DNA of 64,000 nucleotides. It comes from Hyphochytrium catenoides. Lineage: Eukaryota; Protista; Hyphochytriomycota. A program made the translations under genes and the position numbers. The DNA lies in the NCBI GenBank assembly GCA_900088475.1, contig FLMG01001375.1:1527-65526 (forward strand), given 5' to 3'. Of this stretch, positions 1 to 11,456 are shown piece after piece (position 1 is the stretch's first letter; each line of letters starts with the position of its first letter). The notes beneath the pieces were generated by a model. It was given only the letters and a program-made list of their open reading frames with translations, ran no database searches and was not told where the DNA came from.

Positions 1-96
1 ACCTATCATCCTGCTGCGAAGATTGCTCTCTTTCCCCTTCCCATCTCCGCAACCTTCTCCTCTTTGTCTCAATCGCCTGGTGGAGCAGCTTGACGG

Positions 97-689
97 ATGA
101 GTCGAGCTCTAGCCATCGAGCCACGAGGCGACAACAACGCCATGGAGGGCGCGCAGTCACCGTCCCGAGGGGTACGTCCGACTTTCTCTCTCATTCACCG
201 CCATAGATCTCCATCTCTCTTCCTTTTCTGCAGCAATGACGGAGCCGACGTTGCCACTTGGTCCATAACCTGACTTCTCTTTCTCTCTCGTCTCCGAGCC
301 TCGCATAAGCCTCATACTCTCTCTTTCTCTCTCTCTTGCCCTCGATATTTCTCTCTCTCTTTCCCTCACTCTCTCTGTCTCTTCGCGTCTCACTTTCGTT
401 GACCTTCTCGCTCACTCTAACTCGCGCTCTATCCCTCGCTTCATTCCTCTTGTTTGTTCCTTACCCAGTCTTTCAAGATTAGAGGCTTCCCGTCAGAGTG
501 GAATCCGACGCCGATCCGCCCTGAAGATGTTCCGCTCTCCCCCGGGAGAAACTATCGCCCTCTCTCTGCAGGTATTTGGTGTCGTGGGGAAAGATGATAG
601 TTATCTTGAAGCAAGGACGATGTAGACGCGAGAGAGGGAGGGAGAGATGTAGAAGAGCGAGAGAGAGAGAGAGATGTAGAAGAGCGAGA

Positions 690-722
<33 letters not shown>

Positions 723-3700
723 GCGCCGAGAAAGCGGAGTCGACGGACCTTATGAGAAGGATTATGATGTCTGTCGGCTTTTATTCTGTTGGCCTCTTGC
801 TTACTTCCGCCCTTGTGATACCCGCCCTGCGTCCTCTCTCTGTCTGTGGCCTCCTTTTTCCCCTTTCCTTTCCCCGAGCCTATCACTCGTCTAGTCTCAT
901 TTTTTCTGCCTGCAGTCCTACACAGCCTAACTCTCTTCTCTATGCTTGCATGGCCCAGGCTTGCGCACTAATGCGGACGTTGTGCCGAAGAAAGTGTCGA
1001 CAATGACCCTCGAGGATATTGAGCAAGAGTTCCAAGATATTATCTCTGAAGAGTTCTTGGTGAGACCTCTTCTCTCTAGAATGTAGAAACTATTTGCGCT
1101 AGTCTGTCCGCTTAGCTCCCTATTTCATCTCTTTCTCTCTCTTTCTCTTTCTCTTCTCGGACAACCTTACAGAGAAAGTCTCCCTATCATGCCCTTGAGT
1201 TCACGTCTCATCCTTTCCTCCATTCTATCAGAAGCGCGAATCGGGTCAGGACAACCTGTTTAAGGTTAGGAGCCTGGAACTCCGCACTATCGACAGCACG
1301 GAGCAATCGCTCGAAACTCTGGGTACCCTCCTTCCCAACCTCGAGCAGCTCAAGCTAACGGACTCGCTCCTCCAGAGCTTCAGAGATCTAGGGACCTCGT
1401 TGAATAATCTGAAGGTCAGGGAGCTCTCGCTCTCAGTCGCACTAGCATCAGTAGTCCTTTGCTTTTTTTTTCCCTTCTCTCCTTCCTCGGTCTCTATCAC
1501 TCTCAGGGCGCTTTCCCGTTGGCAAAAACGCTTCTCCCTCCAGTTCCCATAGCTCACTTCCAATCCTATCCTTCTCTCTAGTCCTAGTTGTCTTTACCAT
1601 GAAGATGCTGCTGACCCTTCGACTAGCTTGAGCTATACCTCTTCCGTTATAATGGCCCTTCGCTTGCAGAGCTTCTGCCCCTCTCCACTCTCCTTTTCGT
1701 TAACTGGACACTACGAGCTCCTATTCTAAGTTTTGAAAGGCCACTGCTCCCAACTCTAATCCCTTACTCTTCCGTCTCGCTCATTTTGCCCACTTTCCTG
1801 GTATGTGCTCACCTGTTCGTTCTCCTTGTAGATACTCTGCATTCCATCTGCCGGGATAAGAGAGCTTGATGGCATCAGTGCGCTCTCCTGCCTGAGGGAG
1901 TTGATACTCCCAAACAACAAGATAGAGGATATCTCTCCCTTGTCTCTTCATGACTCAATAGAAGTGCTGGACCTCGAGGGTAACAGACTTAGGGACCTGT
2001 ACCAACTGGATCAACTCGGTGAGTCACTTTAGGCAACGTCCGAGCAGAGAGGGAGGAAGAGGGAAGCTTGAGACCAGTAGCAGAGACTCCTTACCAGGGA
2101 AGAGCCTTTGCTAGCCGCATCTCATCGAATGCTGTCTCCATGTTCCCCTCTCTCTCTGCTCTCCCAGCGTCATGTCCCAGGCTTCGCACGATGACTTTAA
2201 AGCGGAATCCTGTCAGTCAGCTTCCGTCCTACCGGCAGATTATGGCTCATCTGGTACCACAACTCAAAATTCTGGATGACAAGGCTCTGACACCAGAGGA
2301 GAGAGTGAAGGTATGATGGGTGCTTCCTCGAACCAGTGTACCTCCGGGCCTGCAGGGGACGAGGCAGCTTCGGCCGTGCTTTCTCCCTACGTCCACTTAC
2401 CTTTCCTCTTATTGTCCTTTGTCAAGCTCCTTGGTCAACGAGGCGGCCTTGGTCTGCGTCGGGGGCTATGGGCACCTTGTACTTTCTGTTTCCTTGCTAC
2501 TTAAGGCCAGAGCCTCTTCCTGGTGTTCTGAATAATCCCCCTGTCGACCCTGTCACTCATACATCACCCATTATCCACTAGTTGAGCGAAGAGGTTCTCC
2601 AAGAGGAAGCACTAGATGATTGCCTGCAAGTGGATTACTCAGCTCTTGATAAGGCGGCTGAAGCCACCCAAGCTCCTCCCTTGAGCCCTTCCCCCTCCAA
2701 ACTGAGACAAAGGGGATCTTCTTTCGCAGTTGCCGTAAGGACCTTACCTATCTAGCGGTTCCATCTATCTATCCATTGCCTTGCTTTCGCTTGCATGACA
2801 CTGGGTGTGCCGTTATCCCTGTTATATCGATGTCTTTCCTGTTGGATCGTACGGTTAAGGACTAGGAGAGAGAGATGTAAAAGAGTGAAGCAAGATCGCC
2901 TGAGCCTCTTCAGTCGTTTTCCTTCTTCGCACTTATCGGTTGAAGTGCAAGGATGTCTTGCTCACTGCATCCGCTCTAATCTCGTGTCTCACTTGGGTCT
3001 GCGTTTGCAGAGCCCAGGAAGCGAAGATAAGAGCGGAACGGGAAGCACACTGACATATGGCAGCGATGTCGTGTTTGCGGGCAATGCAGCAAATGCGCTC
3101 AAGCAGAGGCGGCGGTCAGAGAAAGAGGTCGCCAAGCAGGAAGAGGTAAGACCTCGTGGACAAAGCTGGGGCGTGGGCAGTGGAGTTTAGGCTAAGGAAG
3201 TGAAACACTGAGCAGGCTAGTCAAGCCCTGAACAGCGGCCACATATCTGCTTTTACTGAGTTATGGTGCTTTTTGCGGTGTCATGCAGGCACGTATATCT
3301 ATAATGGAGACGCTAGACAGAGCGATGGCGATGGAAAGACTTCCTCAGGAAGACAGGTTCCGGGAAATAAAGGCATGGAAAGAAGAGACAGATGCCCTTC
3401 CTGCCTCTCTGTTCGACTTTTCTTCTCCTCCGCCGGCTTCACCTGCCAGTCCAAAGGCTAGATTGCAGCAGAAGCGACCGGAGGAAAACAATGAAAAAGA
3501 TACCGGCCGAGGTCCAGACAGCCTGTCGACATCTCTCTCTTCTTCTCTTACCTCCTCAGCTCGTGGGAGCCTAGTAGGAGGAGGAGGAGGGAAGGAAAAA
3601 TTGCGAATTGCAGAGTTTGACAAGCTTAGGGCCATTGGAATGCCGGAGCCTAAGATGATGATCACACCCAGAGAGGAGGCTCTCTCTCAAGCAAAGCAAG

Positions 3701-4718
3701 AGGAGGATGGTCATAACAGCGATGATGAAGGGAAGAACAAGCAGGCTGGCTCGCTAAGTGCAAGGTAGGAGAAGGGCAAACAAGGATTGACCGGAGCAAT
3801 TGGACAGTGGAGTATCGTCTGCTAGAGTGAGAAGCTAGTTACCGTGCAACAGAGCCAAAGTTTAGAGACTGGTCGATGGCTGCAGGGATAGGACTCAGAG
3901 CTTGCATCTCACGAGACAGAGAGAGGGAAGAAAGAGAGATGGACCTGATTCGTGGTGACCCCTCAACTCTCTTTTCTCTTCTTCCCTGATAACAGAGGTG
4001 CAGGCATCCAGTTCGATCTCTCCTCAGGTCTGGATGAGATCGATAGGTGGACCAGGTCAGAAGGAGAAAATGAATCTGACGAGGGCATCACGCCCTTCAA
4101 TATCTATAGGGCCACAAAGCATCTCTCTTCTTCTCTGTCTATTTCTTCCTCGCAGCCGAACAGCGGTGATAGGGATGTAGCCAGTGGGGTGAGCCACGAG
4201 AGTAGGATGGAAGACTTTCTTCCCACGCCTTCTTCTTCTTCCTCTCCTAAGAGGAAAGTCATTGCTAGCGGTAGTCCAAGCTCCATCACTGCCACACAGA
4301 GCACTTTGAAGTCCACTGCCAAGAGCCCTTCCAAGCCTACCGCCCGGAGTAAGATAAACCAGCGCTCCACCCCCGAGCTTGCGATCTATAAGTGAGACAA
4401 AGGATATATATATATAATAAAACTAGGACCGTACGAAGCATAATCAGTCAGAGCACCCATAGCTTCATTCTATACCAAGATAGATCATCTACAACTGAAC
4501 CTGCGGTGCCAGCTAGCAGCCAGCAAGACAACCAACAAGAGATATCGTCCGACTCCCGCAAGGTGGAGGTGACGGAACGAGAGAGAAGGGTGAGGGATGT
4601 GAAGGTCCGTCGTTCCTGCTTGGCTGCCAAGGATGTGCTGACAGAGGAAAGAGTACCTCATCTGATGAGGAATGGATATGTGATGGTGAATGGACATGAA
4701 GGCAATGTTCTCTGCTAA
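97..4718 (+). CDS. LRRC56: Leucine-rich repeat protein 56 (ODA8/DNAAF12-like, axonemal dynein assembly/transport), multi-exon
   Basis: Phase-consistent exons 97-171, 469-571, 959-1059, 1232-~1413, ~1832-2018 and ~2169-2310 give ...WNPTP...SLETLGTLLPNLEQLKLTDSLLQSFRDLGTSLNNLK-ILCIPSAGIRELDGISALSCLRELILPNNKIEDISPLSLHDSIEVLDLEGN...CPRLRTMTLKRNPV...YRQIMAHLVPQLKILDD, which matches the LRRC56 LRR and LRR cap. A later exon has SGTGSTLTYGSDVVFAGN. The low-complexity C-terminus and 3' end are less certain. Confidence 0.85.
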
Positions 4719-4857
4719 ACACAAATACTATCTATTCAAAAGTTAACCTATTTTCGTAATGCGCTATCCAGCTATAGACGACACAAGCCTTGCAGCAAGG
4801 CGGAGACCCAAAAGCAAAAGAAAGACATGTACCACCTCCTATTCCCATTCCTCACTC

Positions 4858-6615
4858 TTAGGAAGAGACGAGCTCCTCATCGGAGGAGGAATAGTCGACA
4901 GAAGAAGAGTAATCCACTGGCACCATCTCCTCAGCGATATAGTGCGTCCCGCAGCTCTTCGGGTTAGTGATTGCCGCTTTGGCAATCAGCAGTGCTGTCT
5001 GCATCCCGTTGCGAAGCGAGCAGAGTTCAGATGTAGGGGCGCTCCTCTCAAAGAGAGATTCCACAGCGTGACGTTGCCCTCGCAGCTCTTCAAGACCCTT
5101 GGCCATCCCAGAAGCCGTGCGGATGGGTCCAAACTTCTCCCACATCGTCGTCTGAAGCTGTTTCCACATACGCTTAATGGCTGTCTGATCAGCCACCTCT
5201 TGGCCACGGGTGTGTCCGAAAGGCAACACCTCATTGACATTAACGCTAGATTTCTTCAAGCCAGAGATGTCAATGTCAAGAGCTGCACTCTTCCCCCAGA
5301 CAAGTCCTTCCAACAGAGAAGTCGAGGCAAGTCTGTTGGCGCCATGCACACCTGTGCAAGCAACTTCTCCAGCTGCGTAGAGGTTAGGGACAGTCGTCTT
5401 TCCACTAAGATCAACTTCCACCCCACCACAGTGATAGTGTGCTGCCGGTACAACGGGTACAGGTTCTTTGGTCATGTCAATGCCATACTTCAAGCAGTGC
5501 TCGTAGATAGTAGGAAAGCGGTTCTTGATCCACTCCGAATCCTTGTGGCTAATGTCCAGGTACATATTCTCTCCCTTGCTGATCCCAGCTGCTTTCTCCT
5601 TTGCCATCTCGTGCAGAATCATGCGTGCTACGATATCACGTGGCGCAAGCTCTCCAGAAGGGTGATATTCCGTTGCGAAGAGCTTCCCTTCCGAGTTTCT
5701 CAGCCTTCCTCCTTCACCCCTTAGTGCTTCAGTCAAAAGAAAGCGCTTCTCCCCTGGAATGTAAAGGGTAGTAGGATGAAACTGCACATATTCCATGTTG
5801 GAGACTTTGGCCCCCACTCTTTGGGCCATTGCTACACCAACGCCCCTCGCTCCCTCAGGATTTGAGGTGTGCAGGTACAAGTCACCTAGTCCACCCGTAG
5901 CAAGGACAGTCGCCCCAGCCGTGATAAGCTCCAAGCTGCTATCCTTCGTCATCACATAAGCTCCAACGCACTCACCCCTCCGGTTGAGGGCAAGCTCGAC
6001 GGCATTGCGGCCCGTAAGTATCTCAATGTTATCGGTCTTGGACGCCGTGTCAATGAGACTCTCAGTAATCGCCTTGCCGGTGTGATCGGCTTTGTAGATG
6101 ATACGTGCCCGGTTGTGAGAGGCTTCTAGAGTAAGGTCCAACTCACCCTCCTTGGTGCGCTGAAAAGGGACGTTGGCATCGTTGAGAAGGATCTCTTCAA
6201 CCACTGCAGGTCCTTCCTGTCCCATTTTCATCACCGCAGGGTTGTGGCTAATGATGCCTGCACGGTGGACGTCACTGGCTAGGAGGTCTGGGGTGTCATC
6301 CTTTGACTTGTAGATGATACCGCCCTGAGCCCAGTAGCTGTTGCAGTCCAATGGATCGGTGGAAGCGGAAAGCATCGCTACCTTGTAGCCCCTTTTAGCT
6401 AGGCTCAGCGCTGCAGCGCTGCCAGCCACACCACAGCCCAGGACTAGCACATCAGTGTGCCTGTGGGCAGGAGCTTCAAGCTGGGGTAGCTGCTGCTTGC
6501 TCTGAAGGAGAGTAGAGAAGTTGATTCTGGGGCTCTGCGCGGCCCGTGGATTGGCATGGTAATTCTTGCCGTACGCTTGCATTAGAGGCGAGTTGCATGT
6601 GCCTGAGAACGACAT
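4858..6615 (-). CDS. nadB: L-aspartate oxidase (de novo NAD+ biosynthesis), intronless CDS
   Basis: 585-aa ORF with FAD motif VLGCGVAG and motifs NSYWAQGGI, LEASHNRARI, VQFHPT, LLTEALRGEG, ELAPRDIVAR, PAAHYHCGGV and GEVACTGVHGANRLASTSLLEGLVWG. Confidence 0.95.
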   Translation of the reverse strand: MSFSGTCNSPLMQAYGKNYHANPRAAQSPRINFSTLLQSKQQLPQLEAPAHRHTDVLVLGCGVAGSAAALSLAKRGYKVAMLSASTDPLDCNSYWAQGGIIYKSKDDTPDLLASDVHRAGIISHNPAVMKMGQEGPAVVEEILLNDANVPFQRTKEGELDLTLEASHNRARIIYKADHTGKAITESLIDTASKTDNIEILTGRNAVELALNRRGECVGAYVMTKDSSLELITAGATVLATGGLGDLYLHTSNPEGARGVGVAMAQRVGAKVSNMEYVQFHPTTLYIPGEKRFLLTEALRGEGGRLRNSEGKLFATEYHPSGELAPRDIVARMILHEMAKEKAAGISKGENMYLDISHKDSEWIKNRFPTIYEHCLKYGIDMTKEPVPVVPAAHYHCGGVEVDLSGKTTVPNLYAAGEVACTGVHGANRLASTSLLEGLVWGKSAALDIDISGLKKSSVNVNEVLPFGHTRGQEVADQTAIKRMWKQLQTTMWEKFGPIRTASGMAKGLEELRGQRHAVESLFERSAPTSELCSLRNGMQTALLIAKAAITNPKSCGTHYIAEEMVPVDYSSSVDYSSSDEELVSS

Positions 6616-6708
6616 GTTGAAGCTGTTGTCTTCCTTTTCACGGAGACAATGGAAAAAAGAATATGGACCGATAGGTAGACTTGAGGAGGAAAATCCGAGC
6701 TAAACCGC

Positions 6709-6771
6709 CTAATGCGTGGCGGTGAGGGTGGCGTACTTCTTGTTATAGCACCAGCTAGCCTTGGCAACCAT
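6709..6771 (-). promoter_or_regulatory. Candidate uORF (MVAKASWCYNKKYATLTATH*) in nadB leader
   Basis: ATG at 6771, TAG at 6709-6711, ending about 95 nt upstream of the nadB ATG. Preceded by a GC-rich stem at 6787-6811. Confidence 0.35.
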
Positions 6772-7059
6772 GAACCAGCACCGTCACAGCGCGATAACGA
6801 TGACCGCGCCGAACTTCAAGGTTCTCCCTTGCCGAGGGGTTATTCAATTCAGCAGAAAGGCCTCAACCTTTCCAGAGATTATGTGAAGATTTATTGCAGT
6901 TACGCCGTGACGAAAGTGTGAAGCTCCGCTGCAATTTGCAAAGTGACGGAGAGGGAGCGGCAGGAACTGTCCGTATAGCGGCAACACCGTTGCAAGGAGA
7001 ACACAAGAGAAGAAGAGAGTGGGAAGCTTGTGGAGAGGGAGAGAGGGGAAAGAGTGTGG

Positions 7060-7261
7060 AGGTGCAGGAAAGAGAGAGACAGAGAACAAGAGAGAGAGAG
7101 AGTGAGAGAGAAAAGAGAGAGACAGAGAACAAGAGAGAGAGAGTAAGAGAGAGAAAGAGAAAGAAGAGAAAGAGGAGAGGAGCGAGACAAAGAGAGAGAG
7201 AGAGAGTAAGAGAGAGAGAGACAGAGGGAGTGTGTGTGTGTGAGAGATAGAGAGAGTGAGA

Positions 7262-7302
<41 letters not shown>

Positions 7303-7320
7303 CGAGGGAAGAGAAAAGAT
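7060..7320. repeat. (GA)n/(GT)n microsatellite tract (CT on the minus strand, probably intronic)
   Basis: Directly visible. Similar tracts occur at 270-440, 630-720, 19660-19715, 44775-44802, 45320-45420, 46868-46950, 50590-50675, 56045-56145 and 63960-64000. Confidence 0.95.
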
Positions 7321-7381
7321 GAGGATGAGAGGACAAAAGGAGGGTCAGTGTCCTGTTTCGTATGGGTGGGAGGGAACTCAC

Positions 7382-7520
7382 CAGAATATGCAGCGCGGAG
7401 CCCCCCGTCGCAAGGAGGCCCTCGCAGGAACAATACCTATACAATGCCCCCTGAGTGTGAGTGTTCCCCGAAGGTTGTGAAAAGTGCTTCAGATATCCTC
7501 CAGGACTGTTCGGTCATCTT
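7382..7520 (-). promoter_or_regulatory. Candidate 5'-leader exon of nadB containing a 26-codon uORF (7437-7517)
   Basis: Strong acceptor (TTCTTCTTCTCCTGTAG|) and donor (CTG|GTGAGT). All three frames contain stops. Followed by a CT-microsatellite intron pointing toward nadB. Confidence 0.4.
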
Positions 7521-7676
7521 CTACAGGAGAAGAAGAAGGATGATGACAGTCCAGGCTCAGGGCCTTTTAGAGGATGAGGGGCGGAGAGAGGAGAATGGCG
7601 TCAGAGTGTCAGAGTCATAAGTGTCCAGAGGAGAGGAGAAATACAAAGAAAGGGGTCGCTGCCGCTCACCCCCACT

Positions 7677-7707
7677 NNNNNNNNNNNNNNNNNNNNNNNN
7701 NNNNNNN
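7677..7707. other. Assembly gap (N run)
   Basis: Run of N. Confidence 1.
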
Positions 7708-9103
7708 AGGGCCCACCCAGACCCGGTTTGGTACGAAGATTGGGAATTTTTAGCTTCCAAAAGCTGCCAAAATAGCACTTCCCTTCAAGGAAAGTATCAA
7801 GGCAATTTACTCCTCACAGGATTCTTTCAGAGCTCCTTATGCTAATGCTGACTATACACGAAACCTATCCTAGCTTTCAATGAAACTTCGACCGAATCCA
7901 AAAAGTCACTTCAGACGCGGATAGTGTGGAGGCTGTGATGGACGAGGAAAGCCTTGTGATTGGGTTTTCGTAGGGCCAAGCGTTATCTTCGGGTCTACAC
8001 GGGCCAGAGTCGAAGTCGCATTTTAGACTAATAAACGGCAAACAATCAAGATGGCTGCCACAAAACTCAAAGAGAAATAGAAACAGAGCTTCTTAAGGTA
8101 CCGCGAATATTGTAGGGTCAATCCTTATCTGAATCCGTTGACAATCATTCTAGCTATTTATCATTCAGTTTTACAAAAGAGGTTGGTCAACAATAGGTGT
8201 TGTTATCGCGACAATAACAGACCTGGGCGGAGAAGACTGGGACTTGCCTCAGAGTCGGAGCTTTGATAATTCCCAGATCCTCGACTTCCTACCCAACTGT
8301 GCACTTGAAGGTGATAGAACTAACAGTAAAAAGATACTCTTCCCATAATAAAACACTGGAACCTTTAGGGAGAACTAGACATAGCAGTTCTGCTATTCCT
8401 GTCACTATGCAGGGGCGAGCCACTTTACTTAGGCAGTTGGGTGTGTTACTGCGAGGATCTGAGAACTCTATCAAAATTTCTGCAGTTCTTTTGTGAGATG
8501 CGGTTGCCCGAGTTCACTCTCGTCTTCATTAGATAACCGCGATAAAATGTCCTTTCCTTTCTTTTTTTTAGAAAACAAAAGGATCAAAGCATTCGCCCAT
8601 TATCTCATTGATGCCCCGACCTGCACGCAACATTAGTCAGCTGGGCATCGCAGATAAGGAAGAACAGTTTACACAGTTAGTAGTAGGTCTCTGTTCTTTA
8701 TTGCCATTTTTTTAGGGAGAAGAAAAACCTTACACCGCCCTTTATACGCAGAGCAGCTTCTTGCTTTACAGGCCTCATCATCGTCCTATCCGTGTTGATG
8801 ATCTCATCAGCAGGCCTGTCAACAACTGGCGTCGATAGTATTATGCTTTCCCTTTTTCCTCCTAGTTTAGCCTCTCTTTATAGAGAGCTACCTCTTTTGT
8901 AGCACCGCAGGTCCAAAACTGACATCATGACACAGCCGCAGCTGTATGGTAGATGTTCTCCCAGATGCAATGCGCTTGATGCACGCAGTCAGTAGAGGTG
9001 AGATCAAGCATCTTGTAACTTCGAAATAGGTCATGCAGGCTGTCATCATGCTGAGAAATGCATAAGATGGCAGCTCTCCTAGCAGTTGCTAGTCCTTTGT
9101 ACA

Positions 9104-9841
9104 AATACCGGGGTCTTCTGTTCCATTCTTCAGATCACGATGCATTGTTATCGCAATGTTACTGTACAGTACTGAAACAACAGCGACAGTGACAATATTG
9201 ATCATCTACCGAGGTTTGCCAAGGCAAGCGGCATAGGTACAATGCCCAGTGCCTATGGAAAGCTATTTATCCTGGTGCTGTTCAATTTTCTCTTCTCTAC
9301 TACGGCGGCTGCGGTGCCGCTGTTCAGTTTCTACAGTAAGAGATCGACGTGGGTAGCAGACACGCTTTCGTCGCGCCCGAGGGGAAGAGGGGCGCTTGGG
9401 GGCTTGGCCTTCACAGTGGTGAGTATGAGAAGATCGAGCTTGATTGGACGATTTGGCCTGATTGGTGATGGAGGTCAATACCGGGGTCTTCTGTTCCCTT
9501 CTTCAGATCACGATGCATTATTATCACAATGTTACGGTCCTGAAAAAAACGGCGACAGTGACAATATTGATCATCTACCGAGGTTTGCTAAGGCAAGCAT
9601 AGGTACAATGAATGCCCAGTGCCTAACGGAAAGTATTTATCCTGGCGCTGTTCAATTTCTTCTTCTCTACTACGGCGGCTGCGGTGCCGCTGTTCAGTCT
9701 CTAAGAGATCGACGTGGGTAGCAAACACGCTATCGTCGCGCCCGAGGGGAAGACGGGCGCTTGGGCGCTTGGCCTTCACAGTGGTGAGTATGAGAAAATC
9801 GAGCTTGATTGGACGATTTGGCGTGATTGGTGGTGGAGGTC
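9104..9841. repeat. Diverged tandem duplication, 2 x ~370 bp
   Basis: The unit beginning AATACCGGGGTCTTCTGTTCC at 9104 recurs at 9477. The copies are colinear through ...GATTGGTG(A/G)TGGAGGTC with small indels. Confidence 0.95.
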
Positions 9842-11456
9842 GGTCATGCACGTAGTCACTTGTGGATCTCCAGAAGACCCCTGTTCTTCGTCGTCTATTG
9901 TTGCAGATCTTTGGTCGTTGCTTCTTGTGAGCGTCCGGCTGAAGGGATGGGGTGGGGAGGAAGGGGCGACAAGGGCTGTAGTGTAGTAGGGGAAGGTGCT
10001 GCTGTTGTTTCAGTGTCCGTATGACTGCGGTGCCTCCTCCGCTTGTCCTTCTCCTTATACAACTCGTATGGAATAAAGGAAAAGTTCAGTTATAGGTAGT
10101 CACCACAGCTGGTCCGGCGGATATGTCTCGTGGCCTCTCTGCCCTGTGTTCACCTCCTCTTGTTAAACCATATTTCGACGTGAGCTCTTCTCCAGGTACG
10201 ATGACTGCTCTGGTCATTTCCTGAGGGAGATCAAGAGGTTCAGCACTACTGATGATGCTATTATCAGCAGACGCTCCCCTTGTCATTGATGGTGGTGTGA
10301 CGGAGAAGTTAGCAGTCATCCTATCTTGACGGAGATCTCCTCCTCGTCGATATTCTATGGTCCGCATCTCTGCTAATGACAATAATACTTGTATGACCCG
10401 GACTAGCCCTCCTAAGTCTAACCCTACCTCACGGAACCAATGGTGGCTTCTCTAAGTCAACTTCGTCAAAGGTTGTTGTAGCTTAGGCCTGGTGTGGTTG
10501 ATGGGGCTTCTTCCAGTCCTCGGCGAGGAAGGCTGCTGGGTTGATTATGTTTTTATTGCATTATTGCGTCTTTGACGTAGGAGGAGATGTAAGGCCTTAT
10601 TAGGGGGATACGTCCCTGTGTGTGATCGCTCTCTTTATGTTCCTTCTCCAGCAGGAAAGGTGTATCAGCGATGACAATGACGGCGTTACTCGATTGTCCA
10701 GATCTCCGCTGCTCAAATAGCTGCACCGTTCCGCACCACTTCTTCATGATAGATTAATTCCCCGCGCTGTCCGATCCCTCGAGAGCACACCAATGATCTG
10801 AAGCGAGGTTCACAGTGTGCACCCAACAAGAAGTATCCGAAGAGCTTGTCAATGATTGTAGGGGCAATCTCTCTCTCTCTTTCTCCGCGTAGTTCCTTTC
10901 ATCCCAAGGACACGAGGCTATCAGCTGTAGAACTACCAGCTACTTGGTGCTCTCTGGGCAAAAAGGCTGTTACTGGGCTTGCAGCTTTGAACAAGGAAGC
11001 AAGGTGTTAGCGGCTACAAATAACGACCCTGGAAGAACTCAAAACCATGTTTGAAAGATCTCTCAATCTCTCTGTTCTCACCACCTCTGGTTGTTGACTC
11101 TCTCTGTCTCTTTGGACCTCTGTTTCCCACTGAGATGATAGGTCTAATACTTACTTTTATCTATCTATTGCGGTCTCTGTCTCCTCCTCAAGTCTATGTC
11201 TATCCCTCGCTTTTGTTAATTTTTTCTCTCGTCTGGGTGACAGACAGATGTCAAGTTGAGCCCAAGGCCCATCATCTGCCTGCCTGTCTGCCCACAGTGT
11301 GTTCTGCAGGCTCTCAGCGCTTGACAGACCTGACCTTTCATATATCAACACGAAGACGCTGACCATTAATAGCGCTCGGACTCCAGTCTATGGGCTATGT
11401 ATGAGGAGGCCCTTGGGTGACACACACCGTATAGACGTATGTTATCTGACAGCAAG

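Noticed and set aside
4759-5724. 321-aa plus-strand ORF
   Set aside because: It is the antisense shadow of nadB and has no recognisable motifs.
6863-7480. Long S/L- or R/E-rich ORFs (also at 157-886, 19450-19790, 45175-45505, 50181-51094 and 55863-56358)
   Set aside because: These are translation artefacts of CT/GA microsatellites, which lack stop codons.
6616-7700. TPP or NAD riboswitch in the nadB leader
   Set aside because: No TPP consensus (CUGAGA/ACCUGA cores) or other known aptamer was recognisable by eye. An Rfam cmscan is needed.
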